A stretch of DNA of 64,000 nucleotides. Source: Candidatus Dormiibacterota bacterium. Its GTDB lineage: Bacteria > Chloroflexota > Dormibacteria > Aeolococcales > Bog-877. Below, piece by piece: positions 55,348 through 63,786 of this stretch (the first letter of the stretch is position 1; each line of letters begins with the position of its first letter). Made by a program: the position numbers and the translations under genes. Under the pieces are notes generated by a model, which did not search any database, was not told the DNA's origin, and saw only the letters and a program-made list of their open reading frames with translations. Where the stretch lies: positions 21,333-85,332 of the forward strand of contig DATLRN010000010.1 in NCBI GenBank assembly GCA_035534695.1, read 5' to 3'.

Positions 55348-55522
55348 CCCCGGAGGCCGACAGCCCGATGATCGGCAGCGAATAGTAGCAAGCAGACGCG
55401 CTCAAGATCGTCTGCGCGATTCTGATCGCGGGGCCGTCTCTAACGGACTTAGCACGGACCAATCGAAATGCCCGAGGGATCGGAGCGGGGGCAGGTGATC
55501 AACCCGCCGCCGCTCATCAGCT

Positions 55523-55810
55523 CTACGCCCTAACTGGAGCGAGAGCCTCCTCGTAGAACTCGATGCGCGGCTGTCCGACGACGCCGGCCTCGCTCATGGC
55601 CTCGCGCAGCTTGTGGCTTTCCATGCACTTCTCGGCATCAGACATTGATGCGAAGCGGTGAAGTACCAACACGTTGTTCGAGTCGCCCTTGGCCTGGAAA
55701 ACGCTCTCCTCGATGACGCCGAGCTCCTTCTGAACTCCCTCGAAGGACTCGTAGGCCGTCCGCCAGGTCGAGTAGTCAGCAACGCGGTGTAGAACTAGAA
55801 CGGTTGTCAC
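55523..55810 (-). CDS. small hypothetical protein (alpha+beta, ABM/Dabb-like guess)
   Basis: GTG 55810 lies 5 nt after AAGGAGG. It encodes 95 aa. The family assignment is only a guess. Confidence 0.45.
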   Translation of the reverse strand: MTTVLVLHRVADYSTWRTAYESFEGVQKELGVIEESVFQAKGDSNNVLVLHRFASMSDAEKCMESHKLREAMSEAGVVGQPRIEFYEEALAPVRA

Positions 55811-56233
55811 AACAACCTCCTTGCGCCAGAACAATCCCCCGAATTACAGAAGTGATTGCAGACCGGCTGAACTGACCATAGACCGTGCAGGCTTACGGCA
55901 CCGCTAATGATCTTGACGCCTGAGCTACGCCAAGTCATCCAGCCGACTCCACGCACGTAATGGCCACCCGTCAGACTGCAACGTCAACTGTTGCTACGGA
56001 ACGAAATGGGCGCCGCTGGAGAGAGATTTTCATTCCACGTAGGCCTCCACGTGGCATGCCCAGACACACGCGACGACGTTTTTCATCAATGATCCCAATC
56101 TCACCTACGAACCACGCACCGAACGTGTGCAACCGCTTCTCCGATAACCCCCTTCATGGAGCAGGCAGGATAGAGGTTGCCCCGGACGCTGACACGATGG
56201 GAGTGATGCGACGGATGGCTACGGCGCACACGG

Positions 56234-57238
56234 CTAGTTGCGATTCTTTTGGGCGGTGAGCCACGCTACGATCGCCGCGATGGTGATGGGGTCCAGTGAG
56301 GCGTTTGGCGCGTTGTACCTAGACATCGCCTCTGCCTGCATGAGTTCCTCGCGTGGTCGGGGCTCATGCTTCAGCACGTGATTGGCATCCTCGGGGAAGA
56401 GGAAGCTGACGTCCGTGCGACCCGCCGCGGCGCGATGAAGAGGCTCCGCGTCGGCTTGCCAGTCGACCTGTAGGCCCTTCTTGCCGATGATGATGAGCAC
56501 CGGGATGCGCACCTCCCGGAGAGGTGCTGCGGCGTCCGCTGTCCACAGCTCACGGGCGAAGGGAAGGTTAGCGGGGCTCTCCAGGGCCGCTATCAGGGTG
56601 CGCACGCCCTCCGGCAGGGACGGATCGGGCGATGCAGGCTCACCTGCCAGGAACCGGGCGACGGCGGCGTCATACAGTCCGAGCAGATGCTCGCCATTCG
56701 GAAAACTCCTAGACTGGGCGGCAAGCTGGGACCGGGTGACAGCACCCACGGTGCGCCCGGGAGGCCCGGACAGCACTAGGCCGGCGAGAGGGATGCCGGG
56801 GTCGTGGACCTGGTAGTTGAGGGCGTGGAGAGTCCCCTCGCTGTTGCCGAGAACGAAGATCCGGTCACGGCTAGTGCCCGGTTGCTCGGCAAGGGCGCGG
56901 ACCGCCCCCGCGAGCTCATCGACGTGGCTCTGCATGGTGATGGCCCCGATCAGGTGAGGCATCGTCTTGCGGACGTGGGGGCCGGAGGCGCGCTTGTCGT
57001 ACCGTAGCGAGGCAAACCCTGCTCGCCCCAACGCCTCCGCGAGCAGGCGACCGCTGCCATTCTGCCCAGGTAGGAGTGGGGAGTTCCAGTCGCGGTCCGT
57101 CGGGCCACTGCCACCCACCAGCACGACGCCCGGGAAGGGACTGGGTCTCTCCGGCGTCACCACAGTTCCGGAGATCGTCGTGGAGCCAAACGGCCAGCCT
57201 ACCTCCAGGCTCTGCCCGTACCGCTCAGATTCATTCAT
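56234..57238 (-). CDS. alpha/beta-fold hydrolase
   Basis: It has the nucleophile elbow VLGNSEGT, an HG-type oxyanion region VVLVGGSGP, and a C-terminal His region DANHVL. ATG 57238 lies 8 nt after GGGGAGGA. Confidence 0.75.
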   Translation of the reverse strand: MNESERYGQSLEVGWPFGSTTISGTVVTPERPSPFPGVVLVGGSGPTDRDWNSPLLPGQNGSGRLLAEALGRAGFASLRYDKRASGPHVRKTMPHLIGAITMQSHVDELAGAVRALAEQPGTSRDRIFVLGNSEGTLHALNYQVHDPGIPLAGLVLSGPPGRTVGAVTRSQLAAQSRSFPNGEHLLGLYDAAVARFLAGEPASPDPSLPEGVRTLIAALESPANLPFARELWTADAAAPLREVRIPVLIIIGKKGLQVDWQADAEPLHRAAAGRTDVSFLFPEDANHVLKHEPRPREELMQAEAMSRYNAPNASLDPITIAAIVAWLTAQKNRN

Positions 57239-57379
57239 CGTCCAGGTCCTCCCCGTGTGGGCCAGCCGCAATCGGCTGCTCTCAGGGCTCGTCGTTGCAT
57301 TCGAGCCCTGGCCGGTGCCCGAGCTGCACGTTCCCCGCCATCCTCCGCTACGTCATACCATGCGGTGGACCAGGCCTGC

Positions 57380-57640
57380 GGCCTGAAAAGTGCCCCCTGG
57401 TCGGTGCAGTCTCAGCGCTGACGAATCGCAAATTTCTCGGCGATGCCGTTCGGCTCTAAGTCGTGGCAAGAGCTCTATGACGGACGATCCGCCAGGGAGC
57501 GAGGATTCAACATATTCAAGAACTCGGACATGATCGGATTGCCGAAGGAACGCATCCGGTGGCGTGGTACCGCTCGCGTCGGCCTGCTCTCGGTCTGGCC
57601 GCGGCTACCCACAGCGTCGGGCTGACCAACCTGCCCCCAG
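57380..57640 (+). mobile_element. degenerate remnant of a DDE transposase C-terminus (IS4/IS5/IS1182-type)
   Basis: ORF 57443..57625 reads ...ELYDGRSARERGFNIFKNSDMIGLPKERIRWRGTARVGLL, which resembles the conserved Y..R..iE..F..lK......r.r.rG...v tail. There is no intact catalytic domain or terminal repeats, and the neighbouring frames are broken. Confidence 0.4.
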
Positions 57641-57959
57641 CGGCGGCGTGCGTGCGCCGCCGCTGGGGCGGCTCCTCGAAATCTGTCGCAACCGAGTGCA
57701 GCAAAACGGTGAGACGCGTTGGACTCTCTCCTCAAGCGGGGGTCGGCGGGCCGGCCCCCTCCCGAACTCAAGCGTCGTGTGCGGTTCGGTGTCCCATGGG
57801 GTCATGGCGGAATGGAGCACTATCGGGTCGGTCCAGACGTATGGTCGTTGGTAAGGTCTGAGGTGTGAACCAAGACGCAGGAGACAGTTGTGCCTACGAA
57901 TCAAAGCGCGCGACGGCGCCTGCCGCTCTGTTGAGCGGGCAGGCCGAGGCGGCATCCCT

Positions 57960-59162
57960 GTGAGCGAGTTGCAGGCAAGGTCGAGCGAGGTGCTGTGTGA
58001 CACTTACCACAGAGCACCTCTGACCATTGAGAGTGGTGAGGGTGCTTGGCTGATCAGCGACTCAGGTGCGCGTCTGTTGGACTGCGTCGGTGGCATTGCG
58101 GTCAACGTCCTCGGACATGGACATCCCGGTTTGACGTCCGCCATCTCGGTGCAAGCGCAAAAGCAGATTCATCTCAGCAATCTGTACTTCAGCGAGCCAC
58201 AGGTGGCCCTGGCGGAGCGACTAGTTGCGAGTGCGTTCCCATCCCGCGTCTTCTTCAGCAACAGCGGCGCAGAGGCCAATGAGGCAGCGATCAAGATGGT
58301 GAGGAAGTGGGGAAGCCAGCAAGAGCGTGGGCCGCACGTTGTGGTAACCCTGAGTGGCGCCTTTCACGGACGGACCCTTGGTACCCTGGCGGCCACTGGC
58401 CGGGCAAAGTACAGCAATCCCTTTCAGCCACTGCCAGAGGGCTTCCGCCAAGTTCGGCGTGGCGACGTCGAGGCTCTCGAGTCGGCGCTGACCCCGGATG
58501 TGGTGGCGGTTCTGGTCGAGCCCATCCAGGGGGAAAGCGGAATCTTTGCCCTCTCGGATTCTCAGCTTCAGGAGATCCGTCGGCTCTGCGACCGATACGA
58601 CTGCCTTCTGGTGGTAGACGAGATCCAGTCAGGGATGGGCCGAACCGGCCGCATGTGGGCTCACCAGTGGTCCGGCATCGTCCCCGATCTAATGACGGTG
58701 GCCAAGGGACTCGCAGGAGGGGTTCCCATCGGGGCCACCTTGGCCGGGCCCCGCGCCGACGTCTTCGAACCTGGTGACCATGGGAGCACCTTCGGCGGCA
58801 ACCCGCTGGCCTCGGCGGCTGGATTGGCCGTCCTCGATGCCATCGAGAGCGAGCACCTGCTGGAGAATGCGACTCGGGTCGGCGCACGTCTGCGCGACGG
58901 GATCCTTGGCCTTCGGTCGGACGGGTTGCCGGTTCTTGAGGTGCGGGGGCGCGGATTAATGCTGGCGGTCGGCCTGCGGACCCCGATCGCGGCTGCTGTG
59001 GCCGATGCCGCTATCGACGCCGGCCTGTTGGTCAACGCCATCGGGCAGCGCACCATCCGTCTGCTCCCGCCGCTCACGATTAGTACGGCGGAGGCGGATC
59101 TGGCGGTAGAGCGGCTTGGAGTCGCGCTCACCGCCGTTAGCCGACCCAGCGTCTCAGCCTGA
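57960..59162 (+). CDS. lysJ: acetylornithine / [LysW]-aminoadipate-semialdehyde aminotransferase (ArgD/LysJ type)
   Basis: It is a class-III aminotransferase: GIAVNVLGHGHP, FFSNSGAEANEAAIK, VDEIQSGMGRTG, and TVAKGL (PLP Lys). GTG 57960 was chosen as the start. Confidence 0.8.
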   Translation: MSELQARSSEVLCDTYHRAPLTIESGEGAWLISDSGARLLDCVGGIAVNVLGHGHPGLTSAISVQAQKQIHLSNLYFSEPQVALAERLVASAFPSRVFFSNSGAEANEAAIKMVRKWGSQQERGPHVVVTLSGAFHGRTLGTLAATGRAKYSNPFQPLPEGFRQVRRGDVEALESALTPDVVAVLVEPIQGESGIFALSDSQLQEIRRLCDRYDCLLVVDEIQSGMGRTGRMWAHQWSGIVPDLMTVAKGLAGGVPIGATLAGPRADVFEPGDHGSTFGGNPLASAAGLAVLDAIESEHLLENATRVGARLRDGILGLRSDGLPVLEVRGRGLMLAVGLRTPIAAAVADAAIDAGLLVNAIGQRTIRLLPPLTISTAEADLAVERLGVALTAVSRPSVSA

Positions 59163-59262
59163 TCGGGAGGCCGTAGCCGTTTACCCGACGCGAGGCAGCT
59201 TGCGCCGTGCTTGCGTGCCCTGGTAAGGTCCGTGCCGACAACCGAATAGCAAAGGCGTAGAC

Positions 59263-59556
59263 GAGGACGAGTACGGAGGACGGATTCCTTCTAGAGAGTG
59301 GCCGGTAGCTGCAAAGGCCACAGGGATCACCTTCGGGAAAAAGACCTCCGAGCCGCGGGAAGAACCCGATAGTCGGTCGGAAGTAGAACCCGCCGGAAGC
59401 CCCACCGTCATCCGGGGCAAGGTGTGATGGCACCCGACGAGGCCAGCGCTGCGAGGCGCTGGCGAAGTGAGGTGGTACCGCGTGGCCGACGACCCCATGG
59501 GTCTGGCACCGCCCTCACGGTCGACTGATTTTCGGTCGACCGGACGGGGCGTGGCC
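59263..59556 (+). promoter_or_regulatory. T-box leader RNA, specifier AAG (Lys)
   Basis: The elements were read directly.
- Stem I lower helix GAGG (59263-66) / CCUC (59345-48).
- AGUA (59270-73).
- Upper helix CGGAGG / CCUUCG.
- AG box AGAGAG (59293-98).
- Distal hairpin GUGGCC...GGCCAC.
- Specifier loop GGAA-AAG-A, with the codon at 59341-43.
- Stem III GCCAGCGC-ugcgag-GCGCUGGC (59442-63).
- T-box motif GAAGUGAGGUGGUACCGCG (59465-82), with UGGU at 59473-76.
- Competing hairpin at 59505-56. Confidence 0.8.
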
Positions 59557-59689
59557 AACGGGTCGGGAGGCGACGATGCGAAAGACGACCACCGGTGGGA
59601 CTCGGCGACCCAGAACTAGCAGTTTTGGTGCCGATATGGGATCGACGTCGAATCAGCCCGCGCTCATGTGCTCAATGGGGAGTGGCTGA

Positions 59690-59878
59690 ATGCCAGGTGA
59701 ATCGATGGCGTTGCAGGCTCAGTGCCCGGAGTGCGACGAGGCCATCGAGCTGCCTACCGGCACTTTGCAAGGCGAGATCGTGGCGTGTGGCGCGTGCCTG
59801 GCCGAGCTGGAAGTCATCGGGGTGGATCCGCTGGCGCTGGCGCTTGCCCCTGAAATCGAGGAGGACTGGGGCGAGTGA
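59690..59878 (+). CDS. lysW: amino-group carrier protein LysW
   Basis: The translation is MPGESMALQAQCPECDEAIELPTGTLQGEIVACGACLAELEVIGVDPLALALAPEIEEDWGE. It has the zinc ribbon and the canonical EDWGE C-terminus, and it is followed by lysX. An alternative start lies at ATG 59705. Confidence 0.9.
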   Translation: MPGESMALQAQCPECDEAIELPTGTLQGEIVACGACLAELEVIGVDPLALALAPEIEEDWGE

Positions 59879-60753
59879 GGGAGGTGCGCGTTGGTCTCGT
59901 CTATTCCCGGATCCGCGTTGAGGAGAAGCTCATCGTAGCGGAGCTTGCCCGGCACCGCAGCGTCCGCGTCGTCACCGTCGCCGATGACCTGATCCAAGCT
60001 TCGCTTGCTGGGCCCCAATTGGATTCTGCAGAGATCACAGCTCTGCGCGGGTGCCAAGTGGTGCTCGGCCGCTCGCTGAGCCATGTGCGGCAGCTGACTG
60101 TGGCCCGGCTACTTGAGGCTTGGAGAGTACCGTCGATCAACTCCGCAACGGTCCTCGAGGTGTGTGGCGACAAGATGCGAACCACCCTCGCGCTCGCCGG
60201 CGCGAACGTTCCCACTCCGCCGACGCGAGTCGCCTTCACGGTCGCGGCGGGCTTGGCAGCCGTCGAAGATCTCGGGTACCCGTGGGTGGTGAAGCCGAAC
60301 ACTGGCTCCTGGGGACGGCTCCTGGCGCGGGTTAACGATCGAGACGCAGCGGAGGCCGTCCTGGAGCACAAGGCACTGTTAGGTGGCTCGTTGCACCGGG
60401 TGCTCTACCTGCAGCAGTACGTGGACAAACCGGGCCGTGACATCCGAGCCTTCGTGATCGGGGGCAGCACTGTGGCCGCCATCGGGCGGCGCTCCGAGCA
60501 CTGGGTCACCAACACCGCTCGTGGCGCGGTGGCCGAGGCCGTCCCCGTCTCGGCTGAGCTGGACCAACTCTGTCGCCGAGCGGCGGTCGCTGTGGGGGGC
60601 GGGAACTTGGCGATCGACCTGCTCGAAGCCCCGGACGGACTCTTAGTCAATGAGGTGAACGCGACCATGGAGTTCCGCAACAGCGTGGCTCCCACCGGGA
60701 TCGACATCCCGGGCCTCTTGGTCGCCGACGCCCTCCGCTGGGCGGCTTCGTGA
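59875..60753 (+). CDS. lysX: LysX ([LysW]-alpha-aminoadipate/glutamate ligase, RimK-type ATP-grasp)
   Basis: VGLVYSRIRVEEKLIVAEL and the RimK/LysX ATP-grasp core (YPWVVKPNTGSWGRL, AIDLLE...LVNEVN) are present. The GTG overlaps the lysW stop (GTGA). Confidence 0.85.
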   Translation: MREVRVGLVYSRIRVEEKLIVAELARHRSVRVVTVADDLIQASLAGPQLDSAEITALRGCQVVLGRSLSHVRQLTVARLLEAWRVPSINSATVLEVCGDKMRTTLALAGANVPTPPTRVAFTVAAGLAAVEDLGYPWVVKPNTGSWGRLLARVNDRDAAEAVLEHKALLGGSLHRVLYLQQYVDKPGRDIRAFVIGGSTVAAIGRRSEHWVTNTARGAVAEAVPVSAELDQLCRRAAVAVGGGNLAIDLLEAPDGLLVNEVNATMEFRNSVAPTGIDIPGLLVADALRWAAS

Positions 60754-61790
60754 CTCTCCGAGTAAGCGTGGTGGCTGGCGCTGGCTACGTTGGGGGGGAG
60801 TTGGTGCGACTCCTGCTCGGGCACCCGGAAGTCGTCCTTGGGCAGATTACTTCTGACTCGCACCCGGGTCGGGTCATCGCCACAGTGCACCCCAATCTGC
60901 GCCACTTTCCCGCGCTCCGCTTTGCCAAGCCTGCCGACCTGGACATCTGCGACGTGCTCATCGTGGCTGACCGGGAGCCAAGCCTTGGCCGGACTCTGGC
61001 GGAGCTGCGGCAACTGGCCCCTTTAGTCATCGACTGCGGCCCCCGTCTGCGGTTTCGCGACGCCGACACTTTCCGCACTTGGTATGGAGGCGCCCCAGAG
61101 TCGGCCGACGCGCTGGCAACGGCCGTGTACGGATTACCAGAACTCCATCGGTCGCAGCTGCGTGGAGCCACCTTGGTGAGCGGTGCTGGGTGCTCCGCGG
61201 TAGCGTCCATTCTGTCCCTGCTGCCGCTAGTCCGCGCGGGCTGGCCGGTCCTCGGTCCTGCCGTCATCGAGGCTCGGTTCGGTTCGTCGGCGGCAGGATC
61301 GCGCCCCGAGGCCGCCTCGCACCATCCCGAGCGGTCGGGCGCGGTCCGGGTGTTTGCTCCTGCGGAGCACCGCCATTCGGCCGAGGTCGTCCAGGCGCTG
61401 GGGTGGCCCGCCGAAGCTGTCAGCTATTCAGCGGTTGCGATCGAGATGGTGCGGGGCATCTCGGTTTCGACCCATTGCTTGCTCGAGCGCCCCCTTTCAG
61501 ATCGTGACCTCTGGGCCGCGTTTCGGGATGTCTATCGCCGCGAGCCGTTCCTACGGATCGCTTCCCAGCGTTCCGGCTTGCACCGGTTTCCCGACCCGCG
61601 CTGGACGCTGGGCACCAACTTCTGCGACGTCGGCTTCGCCCTCGACCGATCCGGGCGACGGCTCACCCTCATGGCCGCCCTGGACAACTTGGGCAAGGGC
61701 GCCGCGGGCAACGTGATTCAGGCAATGAACTGTGCACTCGGCATGGACGAGAGCCTTGGACTTGGGTTCCCAGGACTGCACCCGATATGA
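60750..61790 (+). CDS. lysY: LysY / ArgC-type [LysW]-aminoadipyl-phosphate reductase
   Basis: It has the NAD(P)-binding motif VSVVAGAGYVGGELVRLLLGHPEV and the catalytic Cys in SGAGCSAVA. The start forms a GTGA overlap. Confidence 0.85.
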   Translation: MTLRVSVVAGAGYVGGELVRLLLGHPEVVLGQITSDSHPGRVIATVHPNLRHFPALRFAKPADLDICDVLIVADREPSLGRTLAELRQLAPLVIDCGPRLRFRDADTFRTWYGGAPESADALATAVYGLPELHRSQLRGATLVSGAGCSAVASILSLLPLVRAGWPVLGPAVIEARFGSSAAGSRPEAASHHPERSGAVRVFAPAEHRHSAEVVQALGWPAEAVSYSAVAIEMVRGISVSTHCLLERPLSDRDLWAAFRDVYRREPFLRIASQRSGLHRFPDPRWTLGTNFCDVGFALDRSGRRLTLMAALDNLGKGAAGNVIQAMNCALGMDESLGLGFPGLHPI

Positions 61791-62662
61791 GCGCTCGCGC
61801 CATCGCAGCCCGCGCAAGGGCGGGGCCCCCGGTGCTGGTCGTGAAGGTTGGGGGTGGCACTGCCATCGACATGGACGCTGTTTGCACCGACCTGGCCACC
61901 CGGACGGGCCAGGAACCGATCGTAGTTCTCCATGGCGCGTCCAAGGAACTGGATCGAGTCTCCATCGCGATGGGCCATCCACCTGTGAGGCTGCAGTCGG
62001 CCTCCGGGATCGAGAGCCGTTTCACCGACGACGCCACCATGGAGATCTTCAGCATGGTCTACGCCGGCCGCGCCAACCCGAAACTCGTGGAGCGTCTCCA
62101 GCGACTGGGTGTCAACGCGGTGGGCTTGTGCGGAATTGATGGAGGTCTGCTCCGTGGACCCGAGAAAGGAACACTCCGAGCTCGGCTTCCAGATGGCCGC
62201 GAGCAGGTGATTAGAGGGGACCGCTCCGGCACGGTGGCGGCCGTAAATGGGAACCTGCTCCATCTGCTTCTGGACGGTGGGTATGTGCCGGTGCTTAGTC
62301 CGCCGGCGCTGTCGGATCACGGGCGGGCAATGAACGTGGACGGGGACCGGGCCGCCGCCCAGGTTGCGATGGCTCTCGGCGCGGAGACGCTGGTCATCCT
62401 GAGCGACGTTCCGGGGCTTTTGCTGGATCCGGCGAATCCCGACTCAATCGTGAGCGACGTCCGTCCTCATGAGATCGGTCGGGCGATGGAGGTGGCTCGG
62501 GGAAGGATGCGGGTGAAGGTGATGGCGGCCCGGGAAGCACTCAAGGGCGGCGTATCCCGGGTGGTGGTCGGGGACGGGCGTGTTGCCCGTCCTGTCGAGC
62601 TGGCTCTGCGCGGTGGCGGGACGGTATTCCGGCGTCGGGGTGTGGCCCGAGCAGGTCGGTGA
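61787..62662 (+). CDS. lysZ: LysZ / ArgB-type [LysW]-aminoadipate kinase
   Basis: It has the amino-acid kinase fold: VLVVKVGGG, VVLHGASK, and NVDGDRAAAQVAMAL. The start forms an ATGA overlap. Confidence 0.85.
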   Translation: MSARAIAARARAGPPVLVVKVGGGTAIDMDAVCTDLATRTGQEPIVVLHGASKELDRVSIAMGHPPVRLQSASGIESRFTDDATMEIFSMVYAGRANPKLVERLQRLGVNAVGLCGIDGGLLRGPEKGTLRARLPDGREQVIRGDRSGTVAAVNGNLLHLLLDGGYVPVLSPPALSDHGRAMNVDGDRAAAQVAMALGAETLVILSDVPGLLLDPANPDSIVSDVRPHEIGRAMEVARGRMRVKVMAAREALKGGVSRVVVGDGRVARPVELALRGGGTVFRRRGVARAGR

Positions 62663-63786
62663 CAGTCCCCCCCGCCAGCGACTCGGCTGCCCGGGGCAGC
62701 TCGTGCACTCGAGCGGCGGCACCCGATGCCGCCAGCCCGGAGGAACTGGACTTGCTGATGCAACTGGTCGCCATCCCGAGCTTCTCCGGGGAGGAGCAGC
62801 GGGCTGCGGCCTGGCTGGTGAGCCGCCTGGAAGCCCTGGGGGTTGAATCCACAGTTGACGAGGTTGGCAATGTCGTGGCAGTCATCGCACCCAGTGCTTC
62901 CGAGTCGGTCGACGGCGACATCTACCTGCTGGGCCACCTGGACACCGTCGACGGATTCTGGCCCCCCACACTCGTCGAAGGCCGGCTGTCGGGTCGTGGC
63001 AGTTCGGATGCCAAGGGTCCGCTCGCTGCCTTCATCGCTGCCGCCGTACGGGCTCGAGTTGACGGCCGGCTCCGCCGGCGCGTTCACATCTTGGCCGCAG
63101 TGGAGGAGGAAACGTCGTCCCGCGGTGCGGCGCACCTGGCGCGGACCCTTCTGGCTCCGGTCTTCCTCGTAGTCGGTGAGCCCTCCGGGTGGGACCATCT
63201 GGTGCTTGGCTACCGAGGCTCAGCTCACGTCTCGATACGAGTCGAGTGCGCCGCTGGCCACAGCTCTCGTCCCGACGCCACGGCCGCCGAGCTCGCAGTG
63301 GGCGCCTGGGCAGCGGTTGAACAGCTGTCTGACAAGCTGAATGGCGGGGCCGTGGGATTCAACGCTCTGAACGCCCACCTGCTTGGCATCGAGTCCGGCA
63401 GTGACGGCCTGGTCGACTTTGCCACCCTGCACATAGGCTTCCGGCTGCCGGCGCGGATTCCGGGGTCCGTACTCATGGAGACACTCGGTCAACTGGACCA
63501 CGTCACCATGCAGATGAGCCGACTGGGTGATGCGGTGCTGGTGCCCCGTACCGGTCCTCTGCCCACCGCCTTCGCGACCGCGATTCGTCAGCACAGGATG
63601 CTACCCGTTTGGCAACGGCGGCTCGGTACTTCAGACCTAAACGTCGTCCTTCCCAAATGGCGGTGCCCGGCCGTGGTATATGGGCCGGGGAGCGCCGAGC
63701 TGGACCACACTCCATACGAATCATTGGAGATCAACGACTACGGTCGAGCGATCCACGTACTGACATCGGTCCTCATCGGGCTCTGA
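62659..63786 (+). CDS. lysK: LysK / ArgE-type M20 metallopeptidase ([LysW]-lysine hydrolase)
   Basis: It belongs to the M20 family: LVAIPSFSGEE, GHLDTV, GRGSSDAKG, and EEETSS. The start forms a GTGA overlap. It is the last gene of the cluster. Confidence 0.8.
   Translation: MTVPPASDSAARGSSCTRAAAPDAASPEELDLLMQLVAIPSFSGEEQRAAAWLVSRLEALGVESTVDEVGNVVAVIAPSASESVDGDIYLLGHLDTVDGFWPPTLVEGRLSGRGSSDAKGPLAAFIAAAVRARVDGRLRRRVHILAAVEEETSSRGAAHLARTLLAPVFLVVGEPSGWDHLVLGYRGSAHVSIRVECAAGHSSRPDATAAELAVGAWAAVEQLSDKLNGGAVGFNALNAHLLGIESGSDGLVDFATLHIGFRLPARIPGSVLMETLGQLDHVTMQMSRLGDAVLVPRTGPLPTAFATAIRQHRMLPVWQRRLGTSDLNVVLPKWRCPAVVYGPGSAELDHTPYESLEINDYGRAIHVLTSVLIGL

Noticed and set aside
55835-56233. 99-aa + strand ORF (55960..56259) and a short inverted repeat CCACGT-n8-ACGTGG in a lower-GC 400-bp gap.
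   Set aside because: The ORF has poor third-position G/C bias and an Arg-rich, non-homologous sequence, and it overlaps the hydrolase 3' end. The repeat arms are only 6 bp long. The region is treated as decayed or non-coding sequence adjacent to the pseudogene locus.
59505-59556. Hairpin after the T-box considered as a classical intrinsic terminator.
   Set aside because: The stem is strong but it is followed by AACGGGUCGGGAGG and not a U-tract. I therefore did not annotate it as a terminator. It is kept only as the competing helix of the T-box platform.
59163-59689. A lysine (L-box) riboswitch or a Lys-rich leader peptide was expected upstream of lysW.
   Set aside because: The region instead shows the T-box signature GGUGGUACCGCG, an AG box and a specifier loop. 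The only uORF has a single Lys codon. I saw no L-box-like five-way junction motifs.
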